Of a stretch of 64,000 bases of DNA, positions 12,643 to 23,888 are shown one piece after another (the stretch's first letter is position 1; each line of letters begins with the position of its first letter). The notes beneath the pieces were generated by a model. That model saw nothing but the letters and a program-made list of their open reading frames with translations. It was not told the origin of the DNA and ran no database searches. The DNA lies in the NCBI GenBank assembly GCA_052426225.1, contig JBNJNM010000015.1, forward strand, positions 1,798,001 through 1,862,000. Direction: 5' to 3'. The stretch is from Zancudomyces culisetae HAW-14-8. Taxonomy: Eukaryota; Fungi; Kickxellomycota. Position numbers and translations under genes: made by a program.

Positions 12643-15600
12643 TTAAAAATCTAGGAAAGAGTTATAAATAGGAAGTGAATGAGGTACAGTTGGATTTGAA
12701 GAAGCTGGCAAATAAGATTTGTTACTTTGATTTAGAGTATTGATGTTGGGATTAATGTTGGGATTGATGTTGGGATTGATGTTGGGGTTAGGATTGGGAT
12801 TGGAGTTGAAATTAGTGGTTCGGTTGGGAGATCTGTTCTGGGGGGAGTTGAAGGAAGTGTTAGAATTTGAAGATGAAACTGGTAGGTAGTTGTGGCTTTC
12901 CATCATTCTTTCATATTCAAAGTATTTTGTATGTAGTTTGTTCTTGTAATTGACATTATTTGTATTTTCGGGAGGAGGCGAGGCTGAATGAGCAATAGAA
13001 TGATCCCTAAAAGAAGAATTATTGTTATAAAACTGTTGATGTGGGGAGGAAGAGCCAGCAGATGTATCAACAGTAGTTTGGGTTGAATGCATTGCAGAAG
13101 TTAGTGACACCATTGTTGATGCCTTTTTTGCTAGTAGGGATTTCTTGGTAAAGGCAGGGAATTTGGAAGAAGAAGATGTGGGTTTGGAAGAGAAAGTAGA
13201 TTTTCTAGATTTAAGCCTCGAAATCAAACCAAAAGCATTTGAAGCGGAAGCGGAAGCGGTGTCAAGGTCACTAGTGGGACTGACAGTACGGCCTTCGGGA
13301 ATGGATGATTGGTAGTGGGGAGATTGGGATTGGGATCGAGATTGAGATTGAGATTGGGATTGGGATTGGGATTGGGATTGGGATTGGGATTGGGATTGGG
13401 ATTGGGACTGAGATTGGGATTGGGATTGAGATTGAGGGGAGGGAACAGTGGTATGCAAAGCGTTGGGAGGATGAATGTCTACATGATTGGAAGCAGGAGC
13501 AGGAGCAGGAGCGGAAGATGGTACTGATTGTAGATTACTAACATCAACAGAGTTTCGGTAGAAAGCCGAGGATAATTTTGTTGAGGATTTTAATTTTTTT
13601 GGAAAGCCAAGGATAGGATTAAGCTTGGAAGAGATTTTATCAATAGAAAGAAGTTTAGGGATTTTCAAGACAGAGCTGTTGTTGGTAGACGAAGAACTAG
13701 GACTGGGCTGTATATCATCTGCATCAGGTTGTTTTTGAAAATGAGAATGAGGATCGGGTGAAGGTGAGGGTGAGGATGAGGGTGGAATGTAGTTAGTGTT
13801 CAATCGAAGATTTTGGTCAAAAGAATTGTGATCGGAAATAACAAAGGATGTGTTATCATCCTTTAGAGGTGAAGCATGAATGTCTTTTGAGGTTGTATCA
13901 TCATCAGGACTAAATTTATTGTAATTAGAAACTACTGCAGAACCAATTGCATCATAGTTATTTTTATATGAGGATTTTTCAAGATAATCATGAAACGAAG
14001 CGAGATAGTTGCTATTGGAAGCATTGAGAATATCTGAATCCAAATCCAGGTCTAGATCAATAACCATATTTGGATTTAATCCAAAGTCGTGACTATGACT
14101 AGAATTATTGTTATTGTTATTGTTATTGTTATTAACATTATTGTTATCAACATTATTATCACCACCAAGAGGCATAGATGGGGGTGCCACAAGTGAATAG
14201 TTTTGGATACTGCTGTTAGTACTGTTGCTGTTAGAAGTATATTTGTGATTATCCATATTAGAAAAATCGGGTTTGGTATCTTTGATTGATTCACCTTTGT
14301 AAATACACTTTTGATCATCATCGATACTTATTAGATCTACAAATGAACCGAGAACAGAAAATTGAAGAGGTTGTTGTGGTTGTGGTTGTGGTTGTGATTT
14401 TGGTTGTGATATTGGTTGTGATATTGGTTGATTAGGCTTGGAATTGATATCAAAGTTATCTGAAGTTACATTCATGTTCATATTCATAGAGGTTCTTTCG
14501 TCGGTGGTGTAGTTGAGGACTTTGGGTTCTGGAGATTGAAATGTACCAGTGTTATCACTAGCAGGAACCAAAGAAATCAATCCCAAGTTTTCAGAAGAGT
14601 TGGTACCAGAGTACATGTTTGTTGGTTCTTTTGGTGGTGGGTTATTAAGTAGCGAGTCTTTGCTGTTAATAGGTTCCATAGCATGACTCGAAATACCTAG
14701 CACTTTTGGTCGGTAATACGATTTTCTATTAGGGGATTTGTTTGTTTCGATATTATTATTATTATTATTATTGTTATTGTTATTGTTATTGTTATTGTTA
14801 TTTTTACTGGAATCCGCAGTCAGATCACTACTTTCAAAACCATGTTGTCGCTGTCGTCGATATTGGTTGGAAGCATCATGGTTGTGGTTACCATTCTGAC
14901 GAACAAAGCTTTTTCTGTTTTTCATTAACGAGTGGTTGTTGGTTTGCGAATTGGAGTACAAATACGAATGTGAATAATAAGAAGCTGAATCTCTTCCTTG
15001 CAGCCTTTCCTCACTTGAGTCGTCATGTGAGAATTGCGGTGAGAATTGTGGTGAGAACTCTTTTCGATAAATCCGCGAAGTGCCTCGAGGTTCAACAGTT
15101 GTCGATCGTCTTGCAAGTTTGCTATCAGCGACTGCCTGCAAGTATTCTACATATTTGGTTCCTACTTTGCCATTCCCCATTGCCTCGGCTATTGTGGTTG
15201 TTTCTTTTTTCTGCAAATCAGCATCACTGGATTTCTTGGACACGATTGTATGAGCTCTTGAAATTTTCATCATTTTTTGTTCTTTAAATGGATTTGAACC
15301 ATCACCAATACCATTACCATTACCATCACCATTACCATTACCAACACTATCATGATTATTTTCACTTAACTGGTCTGTTATTTTTGTATTTTTCTGTAAA
15401 TTATTTTCATCCAAACTCTTTTGTTTGCCTCCATTACCATTACCATTACCATTACCACTACCGACTATTATCTGTTTCACTTTTCTATTCAAAATGGGCT
15501 GTTCAAAACTAGATCTATCAACAGATTCTTGTTTGCTCACCATCTGTAAAATCGATTCAGCATTTGAATCTCTGCTCTTATTGTACTGCATCCCAAATCT

Positions 15601-18600
15601 ACCCACTCCTTCTGTCGATCTATTGTCATTTGCTACTATTTTTGTTTCTGATGAAAATTTTATATTGTTGTTAATTTTATCACATTTCTCTTTTTCTTTT
15701 TCTTGTTCTTCCTCTTCTCCTTCTCGTTCTCCTTCTTGTTCTTTCTCACTGCTTGGTTTTCCGGAAATAGCATAATAACTTGACAATATCATTGAATAAC
15801 TAGATTCACTATTTGCACTTGGTATTCGAGCTTTTCTAATTGGTACAAAGCTATCATCGCTATCACTATGGCTAATGGGTTGAGTTTTTGCTGATAGAAA
15901 TTCAGCTGCTACATTTGACGGTCCCTCTAGTGGTGATACTGGAGGAATTGGAGACAGCTGTTGTGGTTTTTCTCCAACTCTTGCTTCCTGGGCCTGCAAC
16001 TGCGCGTATTTTTTGTCATTTGCTTTATATGTTCTTTTTGATACTACGCCAACCCGTTTGTATTTATCATTTATTGCTTTCTTTTCCGATATTCCTAACC
16101 GTCCAACTCCGTTTTCTTCGCTTTTCATAGTTGGTGAGTATTTTCCGACTGTTCTAATAGAGTATTTGTTTGGCTTTGCCATTCCTACTGTATTCCCTCT
16201 TCCTACTTCGTCTGATGTCACTCCCACTCCCATTCCCACTCCCATTACTGCTGTTGTATCTGATACTACCGTTGGTGTTGTTATTGTACTCATTGCTGCC
16301 ACTGTTCCTGTTGCTATTCCTGTTGCTATTCCTGTTCCTGTTCCTGTTCCTGTTCTATTGTCACTACTATGTTGTGTTCTCGTCACTGTAGCTCTCCGAT
16401 TAAATTCTTGAACTCGTTCTCGTATTTTCAGTGTTGATTTTTGCTTTTTGAAATCTTCTTCTAATTTCCTGCTACCGCTATAATCATTTTTCACAACTTC
16501 TATTTTCGAACCTCTATTTTCTTCATCATTATTTTTTACACTCCTCGGTGGACATTCAACTGCTGCTGCTGCTGTTGCTGCTGCTGTTATTGTTGCTGCT
16601 GTTGTTGTTGAATACACACTTTTCCTTTGTCGGAATTTATTTCCGTCTGTTCTAGTACTACTATCTGTCTCATATATAGACCTTTTGTATGGATCTGCTG
16701 CTGCTGCTCCTACTACTTTTGACGACGGTGGTTTTGATGTTGTTGTATATTTCCGGTTTTCCATAGTTCCCCTTTCGGCCTTTTGGCTATATACTTTACT
16801 CACCTCTGTCAATCTAGATGTCGTAACCCCCCTGGATTCTAATGCTTTATTACCAACAACCGATACTAATCCTAATCCTAAGCCTACTCCTACTCCTACT
16901 CCTGCTCCTGCTCCTGCTCCTTCTGCTGTTATTGTAACTGGTGCTGCTACATCTCTACTTCCGTTCTTTTCAAACACTGATATATAAGAACTTATCAATC
17001 CACTCATATTTCTTGAACCTGCTGGAGGTGATGTTCTACCTGTATCCATTCTTCCAATCACTTCCATATCAGAAGAATACACCCCACTATTATCACTACT
17101 TTTTGCCACACTTGTTGTGTTTGGTCTATTTGGTATTGATTGTGGTGGCTGATCCACTTTAACCTCCTGTCTCTCACCTTCCTTAATCCAATTCGCCTTC
17201 CCGCTTATTGTTTGTTTAACACTTTGTACCTGTGTTTTCAACCCTGGTGATCCACCTACATCCTTAGCATCTGTTCTCTTTCCACTCTCTTTTCCTTCCT
17301 TCGTTTTATTAGCAACCATTTCGCCATAAACTCCACTGGCTCTAGCCTTTTCTACGTTATTATTTTGGTTCTCCATACTCCTTTCTACTTTGCTGGTTTT
17401 AGTTGCTTTATTCTCCTTTTTACTGTGTCTCATTTCCTCTATATTTTCCTTTTTTTGCTCAGCTGTACTTTTAATCTCTTTGGGTTTATTATATCTCTCT
17501 TTCTTTTCCTTTTCTTTTAATTTCTCCTTAACTTTATTATCGCTCTTCTCCTTTCCTCCAAATCTAGACAACTGTCCAAAAATTCCCGATTCAAATTTAC
17601 TCACCTTCCGTAGTTGGAAGCTCTTCAACTCACCATTCGTCTCGCCTTTTTTACCTCCATCCCCCATCTTTGTTTCTACTACCTTTTTTTCTGTTTTCCA
17701 TTTCCCTTTTCCTTTCTCCCTCTCCTTCTCCTTCTCCTTCTCCTTCTCCTTCTCGTTATTCCCCAATTTCCCATTGCTTTCTTTTGGAACCTCCTGATCT
17801 CTCGCTTTTTCTAACCCTACTTCCCGCTCCTTTTCTCTGCTTACTATGTTGTTTTTCCCCACCTCTTCGATTCTGCCTTCCATTTGGATATCTGGTACTA
17901 CAGAACCCGTAGGCAATCCAAAATTTATTGTATATCTATCTGTACGCTTTGTCGTTTCTAGCACTCCATACGTTCTTTTATACGCTTCTGTTGCTGTAGG
18001 CCGCAGCTGGGGATCCAATTTAAGCATATACGAAACTATCCCCACTAGTTGGTCCGATACATCCTTCATCACCACACTTAATTTCTTGGGATCCTTTTTA
18101 CCATATGTAAGTCCAAGCTTCGTTGCTGCAACTGCACCTTCTTTCCATGTACTTCCATCCTCTTGTATCGTATCGGGCGCTCCAAGTGTCTCAAACACCC
18201 TTCTCAGTTGATCAAGCTGGTTATTTCCTGGGAATAGTGGTTTCATCATTGCCAGTTCGGCCGATATAGTTGCCACTGCCCATATATCTATCGGCTTTGA
18301 ATACTTACTAAAATTCAGCAACACCTCTGGTGCTCTATACCACCTTGTACTTATATAATTTGTCAGTGGCCTTGTAATCTCCACTTCATGCACTAGTCCA
18401 AAATCTGCTATTTTGGCCTTTATCTTACCGCCCTCTATTTCTTTCACCAGTATATTTTCGGGCTTCATATCTCGATGGAAAAATCCTTTGCTATGAATAT
18501 GTTCTAGTCCTGATAATACTTGACATGTGATGTCCAATACAAATTCGTCGCTAAACTTGGTTCCTGCCTGTCTGTTTGTCAACTCGTTCAAATCGCACTC

Positions 18601-18840
18601 CATATACTCAAATACCAAAAACGACCTGTATTCTTCCCTAAATACGTCTATCAATTTTATTACATTTCCGTGATCCATTTTTTTTAGCGCCTCTGCCTCT
18701 ACTGCTGTCGCTGTGTCCTTCCACTTTTTCTTTTTCATTTTCTTTATTGCTACCTTTTCTCCTGTTTCTTTTACAATTGCCAATAGCACTGAGCTAAATG
18801 CACCCTCTCCAATTTCTTCTAAAACGTTGTATTTCTCCAT
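12643..18840 (-). CDS. Ime2/MAK/ICK-family Ser/Thr kinase with a very long low-complexity C-terminal tail (2065 aa)
   Basis: GEGAFS, VAIK, HRDMKPEN, DFG, and activation loop TNYISTRWYRAPE (TxY-x-STRWYRAPE is typical of this family). Confidence 0.9.
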   Translation of the reverse strand: MEKYNVLEEIGEGAFSSVLLAIVKETGEKVAIKKMKKKKWKDTATAVEAEALKKMDHGNVIKLIDVFREEYRSFLVFEYMECDLNELTNRQAGTKFSDEFVLDITCQVLSGLEHIHSKGFFHRDMKPENILVKEIEGGKIKAKIADFGLVHEVEITRPLTNYISTRWYRAPEVLLNFSKYSKPIDIWAVATISAELAMMKPLFPGNNQLDQLRRVFETLGAPDTIQEDGSTWKEGAVAATKLGLTYGKKDPKKLSVVMKDVSDQLVGIVSYMLKLDPQLRPTATEAYKRTYGVLETTKRTDRYTINFGLPTGSVVPDIQMEGRIEEVGKNNIVSREKEREVGLEKARDQEVPKESNGKLGNNEKEKEKEKEKEREKGKGKWKTEKKVVETKMGDGGKKGETNGELKSFQLRKVSKFESGIFGQLSRFGGKEKSDNKVKEKLKEKEKKERYNKPKEIKSTAEQKKENIEEMRHSKKENKATKTSKVERSMENQNNNVEKARASGVYGEMVANKTKEGKESGKRTDAKDVGGSPGLKTQVQSVKQTISGKANWIKEGERQEVKVDQPPQSIPNRPNTTSVAKSSDNSGVYSSDMEVIGRMDTGRTSPPAGSRNMSGLISSYISVFEKNGSRDVAAPVTITAEGAGAGAGVGVGVGLGLGLVSVVGNKALESRGVTTSRLTEVSKVYSQKAERGTMENRKYTTTSKPPSSKVVGAAAADPYKRSIYETDSSTRTDGNKFRQRKSVYSTTTAATITAAATAAAAVECPPRSVKNNDEENRGSKIEVVKNDYSGSRKLEEDFKKQKSTLKIRERVQEFNRRATVTRTQHSSDNRTGTGTGTGIATGIATGTVAAMSTITTPTVVSDTTAVMGVGMGVGVTSDEVGRGNTVGMAKPNKYSIRTVGKYSPTMKSEENGVGRLGISEKKAINDKYKRVGVVSKRTYKANDKKYAQLQAQEARVGEKPQQLSPIPPVSPLEGPSNVAAEFLSAKTQPISHSDSDDSFVPIRKARIPSANSESSYSMILSSYYAISGKPSSEKEQEGEREGEEEEQEKEKEKCDKINNNIKFSSETKIVANDNRSTEGVGRFGMQYNKSRDSNAESILQMVSKQESVDRSSFEQPILNRKVKQIIVGSGNGNGNGNGGKQKSLDENNLQKNTKITDQLSENNHDSVGNGNGDGNGNGIGDGSNPFKEQKMMKISRAHTIVSKKSSDADLQKKETTTIAEAMGNGKVGTKYVEYLQAVADSKLARRSTTVEPRGTSRIYRKEFSPQFSPQFSHDDSSEERLQGRDSASYYSHSYLYSNSQTNNHSLMKNRKSFVRQNGNHNHDASNQYRRQRQHGFESSDLTADSSKNNNNNNNNNNNNNNNNNIETNKSPNRKSYYRPKVLGISSHAMEPINSKDSLLNNPPPKEPTNMYSGTNSSENLGLISLVPASDNTGTFQSPEPKVLNYTTDERTSMNMNMNVTSDNFDINSKPNQPISQPISQPKSQPQPQPQQPLQFSVLGSFVDLISIDDDQKCIYKGESIKDTKPDFSNMDNHKYTSNSNSTNSSIQNYSLVAPPSMPLGGDNNVDNNNVNNNNNNNNNNSSHSHDFGLNPNMVIDLDLDLDSDILNASNSNYLASFHDYLEKSSYKNNYDAIGSAVVSNYNKFSPDDDTTSKDIHASPLKDDNTSFVISDHNSFDQNLRLNTNYIPPSSSPSPSPDPHSHFQKQPDADDIQPSPSSSSTNNSSVLKIPKLLSIDKISSKLNPILGFPKKLKSSTKLSSAFYRNSVDVSNLQSVPSSAPAPAPASNHVDIHPPNALHTTVPSPQSQSQSQSQSQSQSQSQSQSQSQSQSQSQSQSRSQSQSPHYQSSIPEGRTVSPTSDLDTASASASNAFGLISRLKSRKSTFSSKPTSSSSKFPAFTKKSLLAKKASTMVSLTSAMHSTQTTVDTSAGSSSPHQQFYNNNSSFRDHSIAHSASPPPENTNNVNYKNKLHTKYFEYERMMESHNYLPVSSSNSNTSFNSPQNRSPNRTTNFNSNPNPNPNINPNINPNINPNINTLNQSNKSYLPASSNPTVPHSLPIYNSFLDF
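13320..13436. repeat. (GGGATT)n coding microsatellite, encoding (SQ)n in the kinase tail
   Basis: Hexamer repeat read directly in the sequence. Confidence 0.9.
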
Positions 18841-21800
18841 TATTATTATTTTCTCGCTTTTCTAATTCCACATTCTTTTTCAAATCAATGCTTTCCCCTT
18901 TTTGACAGTTGAATCAATTGCTTCTTTTTTTCTTTGGCCTTTATTTCTGTCTGTTTCTACTTTTTTTTTTGTCCACAATTAAAAAAGTGATTTCCTAAAT
19001 CGTCCTTAAATTTGTTTTGTTATAAGGTTGTCTTTAGAATATCTCCTATATCAAATCTGGTGTAGGATCCGAGTTTGGTGGAAAAAGTAGGTTTGCTACC
19101 AATTCTATTGAATGATTCTATATTAGTAAAAGTAAATTGTGTGTTAGATATCAAGTTTTTTTCTTCTATCTTTCTAATATCTTTGTAATTCCCATATTAC
19201 GCTTTGAATTGGTATTTTTATTGACTTGTATTGTATGCCTGGAATTTGTGTCAAATAAAATTAAAGATCTTTTTGTGGTTTTAGTAAAAAGCCCAAAGCA
19301 TAAAAAGAAAAAATGCCCTTTACTTTTGTTTGTATTTGCTTATATTTGACACACTTTTCCTTGCATATTAAGTGATTTCTCATTTATTAGTTTATTTTTA
19401 GTAAAACAAGATTAAATGAATTGGTTCTCAAGTTCAATTTTACAAACCAAAATTTGGATGTCCATAGCAGCATCGCTTGCTTTACATTTCAAACCCATCC
19501 ACACAACACAACAACACACCATACTACACCATACTACACTACACCTCAACCAATCGCTTTTCTCCAATCCCCTTCCTCCCCATCCCCGTCCCCATCCCTT
19601 CGCTGTTGTTTTTCAGGAATTTTATTATTTTGCAGCACTTTTCCCAAATACCCATCACTTTGCAAATATAAATACCATGCATTTGATAAATTGCAAGGTA
19701 AATATCAAATATTCTAAATCAATCAATCAATCATCTCATTTAATCAGATTTTTTTATTGCTTACTAAATAATTTTTCCCTTTTGTTTTTGTTTTTGTTTT
19801 TGTTTTTTATTGTTTTTTTTGTTTTTTTTTTGGTTAACAATAGACCTCTCAACATATTTCCCATTTGTATATATTATTAATTTAAACCAGTTATTGGTCC
19901 AATAAGATTTATTTCTTGTTTTATATTTACACCGTATTTTCCGATTTGCTTTTATATTATTGCTTCGGTTTTTCTTGTATTTTTTTTCTTTGCATATATT
20001 TGGATAAACCCATGTTACTACAGCCTTTCCCCCTCATTCTCAATTAATATAATTTACCAAAAAAAAAGCAATTACAAAGTGGTTTTAATCGCCAATTTTT
20101 GGTACTGCAATATTTACTACATCATAAATATTGCAACGTAAATAAGGGTTTTTTTTTAGTTGAGCATAAAACTCTGTGCACCTTACACCTCATATAATAA
20201 ACCCTGGGCCAATCAATACCACCGAATTTTTACCCCCCCCCCCCCCCACCACCACCAGATCTTCTCTTCAAAGCAGTATGGATAAAAAGGGTTTAATGAA
20301 TCTAAATTGCCCTATTCCTCACTCTCATCCTCGTCTTATAATCCACCATCTGAATGGAAATTTTTTTTGAATCAACAAAATTACCGATATCAAGAAAAAT
20401 AGAGGAGCAATCAGCAATGGCATAAGTGTGATTGATCGAATTAGGAAGAGGAGGAGGGGCCAGAGGAGTTAGAGGGGGAGGAGTACTCAACCAACTTTTA
20501 GAGCATTAAACCAAAGCTGCTCTTAGTTTTGGTGTTCATTTTGTGTTTAAACGTATAATGCCTTTCTTTTTAGTGATAAAACTGTTATTCTCGTTTCAAT
20601 ACTTCTACAGTCTAAACTCACTCGTAATATTATGAATATAATACAAGTAGTGTAGCAATCTTACCTTATTACAAACTTATTTTTATATTATTGTATAAAT
20701 ACACGTTTTATAACTCTCTTTTTGCCATTAAATACGGCCCCTTTTTTTGTATCAGTAATAGTATTCAACGAGTCGAAAATCCGGTAAATATACTTTACTT
20801 GTTTGCTTTGGATCCTAAAATATTGATATTGTGTTGTAAAAGCTGCGTTATTTCCCTTTTTTCGCCAACTATTCTCCTATTTTTGGCGTTTATTCTTTCT
20901 TTGGCTGTGTTATATTTATGTCCTTTTCAACTCTGAGTAAAAACTTTTTTTTTTCAAAAAAACTACAATTCTCTAAAATATACAAGTCGAGTAATTTGAA
21001 CTATATATAAATCAGAAATATCTGTCTCCTTGCAACATTCACTAGTGTTTTTTTGTGTGTTGTTTCGTAAACTACTTTCCTTTCATAAATTATACTTTGA
21101 ATTCGTAAATAGTATTCGTTATTTGAGCGTTGAATAAGTCGGTTGTCTTGCGTATTAGCTATGATAGTTTTATAGCACTTTATATGGATTGTACTTTGAT
21201 CTTTGGCGTTACAGTGTTTATCGTCGAAATGATATTACTTGTTGATATATTATCTACAATATTTAGTACTAGTTTTTTCTTTCTTTTTTTGCAAGTATTA
21301 ATAATATAAAATAGTATAAAAGGTTTCTCTGTTCGTTATTTAATAGATTGTAATGCTAGATTATATACAACAGCTTTTGTTTTATAAAACCTTCAAACTA
21401 TTGGCATCAGTATTACAATGATAATCCTCATCCGTATCCTACCAAAATAAATATTATAAAAGAACTTTATTCGAGTTTTTTTTTCTTTCTTTTGCCCTAA
21501 GTCAACTAAAAACAAGAGCCATAGTTTCTTTAACAACAACAATATAGGTAAAAGAAATAAAAAAGACATGCTTTATACCGTTGGTTGGATCTTCTAAGAC
21601 TATTGTGTAGACTTGAGCTGTTTGCTCCTCCTCTTTTTGCCATCCTAGCCTATCAATTTTTGCCTCAGGCTCAACCAGCATATCATACCAGTACTTGTAG
21701 AATAGTATTCCCTTTTAATCATTGGTGCCTTTGATTTTGTTTCGGCAAAAGTCGCATTTTTTGCTCCAAGTATTTTCTCTTTTTTTCCATTTTGAACTGT

Positions 21801-23888
21801 GGTGTCAATTTTTTGGCAATACACAAAATCTATTGGTGATATATTTACCAGTCTGTCCTCACCTCCTCCTTTATAGTTTAGATTTATGGTGAATGGGAGC
21901 CATTGCGAAGGTAAGACGAGAAACACCAAAAAAAAAAAAAAACCAGCTTCAGCTAGACATGCTTTTTTTTTAATTTTAGTAATAATGGTTCGTTGCTAAA
22001 AGACATTTTACTGAGAACATGATTTGGTACTTATCCTCCCATCCATGCGCTTTTATTCGCAAAAATTCAGTTTTTGTTTGGATTAGCTGCAGTTTGATTT
22101 GTTGCATAATAGATCCATGCTTTCACTCATAAAGCCGAAGCGTTAGCTGCTATTTGGTTAGAACTTTGCCCAACCTGCCTTGTTATTTCATATGGCAGCC
22201 AAGGTTCAGCGTGGAAGTATCCAGAAAGAGTAAATTTCAGTTTTATTACTCTCTAAACTGAGGGTGCTACTACCAACATTAAAAAAATAAGAGAATTATT
22301 CCCTTGTTCAACAAAAGTATCAAAACTCGACATATTTACTAGACTGGTGAAAACGTTATTTATGTTCGCTATGGTCAGTATAGAAGATTAATGACTTTTT
22401 TTATAAAACATATCATTTTCATGACCTCTTTATCAGTTTTATTTTTGCGTAGTATTCATTATTGTTAATAAAGGCCAATTTGTTGTGACGTTGAGTACTT
22501 TGCAAAAATAAAAGGTTGTATATGAAAATTCCCTATGCAAGATCAACCAAAGCTCATGAAATCCACTGAAACATAAACTGCTCATGAAATTCGTAGCATC
22601 GTACCCCATTTGTTGTTATACTCCCCGCCCCCCCACCCCCGTCTCACTCCACAATTTACTTGATTTTTTTGTTTGTTAAATAACCTGTTGTTGAGAAGAT
22701 ACTTTCTTAATAAATGGATTCTTCAAGTCATATTAACCACAATGTTTTTAAGTGGAACTTGTAATAGGATATATAGAACATTATAAAATTTTAAAGATGA
22801 ATGCAATTATGATGAAATTTTAAATCAATAATAGTTCCTTTCCACTTTCTCCTCCTCCTCCTCCCATTTTTCTAAAGATAAAAGGTACTTCAAATTGTAT
22901 GTCAATTTATTAAAGAAGAGTTTTACTCATACCATGTAATCACAAATATACTACCTTTATTTAACTTTCAGCAAGGTGTTTTAATAAAAAAACTTGTTTT
23001 TTTCTACTGTTCTTTTTGTGTCTGCAGTCATATTTTGTAGGTCGATCGGCCTATTTTAAAGTAAACTGGTAGTCTTGATTTACATAAAATACAATTTTTC
23101 TCACTCCGAATCCAACTTTTACTTGAAAAACTCTGATTTAGTCAAATCTATGTATGCATTTTCTGTATCAATCCACTCAGTAACCTCAATAGCCTCTACT
23201 TTAGTAAATGTGTTGGGTGTATTATTTAGTTATTTGCAGATAAAATAAACAAACTTTATTTATATAGAGGTGTTTTCGGGTTATATTATACCTAATCTCT
23301 ATTATATCTCTAATCCAAGTACGCACAAATACATGTACCATAGCCTGTGTGAGTTGGTTTTTTGCTTGTAATTGCATTGTCTCTTTTACCAGCGGCATAT
23401 ATCTGAATTATCCATTTTTTTTGAATGAGGACAAACCTCTAAAGCCAAATGCAATCAAGAGAACACAAGGATGGTCAAGATTAAAATGAAACGTCAAATC
23501 CGTGTTAACGATTTATTTGCGCTCTTCATTTTCACGGATCACCATAGCCTATCACATCTTTCTGGCGGAATTTGCATTTTTTACTCTATTTTTAAATCTA
23601 ATTATAGAAATTGCAAACTAATTTAAGCACCATTTGCACCGGGAAATTGCGAAAATAATCGCAGTTATTGGAGGCTTTAAGTCCGTTAAGCTGGAATATA
23701 TTCATCACCAATCCAAACTATGGCTTGGGAGCTTGTATTATATCGGCATAACCTTGGATCCTTTTTGTAGATTAAACAGCTACAAAAAGACTAAACCTGC
23801 TACAAATTTATGAAGAATTCTTTTTTCACTTTTTTAAAAAATCGAGATTCATTGCAACTGTTAGATACTAGCTGCAATATAAATCAAA

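Noticed and set aside
13305-18211. Many short + strand ORFs with GI/LG/YH/SP repeats
   Set aside because: Antisense or alternative-frame products of microsatellites in the kinase gene.
21600-23800. Coding-looking fragments on the minus strand (e.g. ORF 21645-21929)
   Set aside because: No recognisable motif or consistent exon chain. Could be a decayed gene or transposon but cannot be supported.
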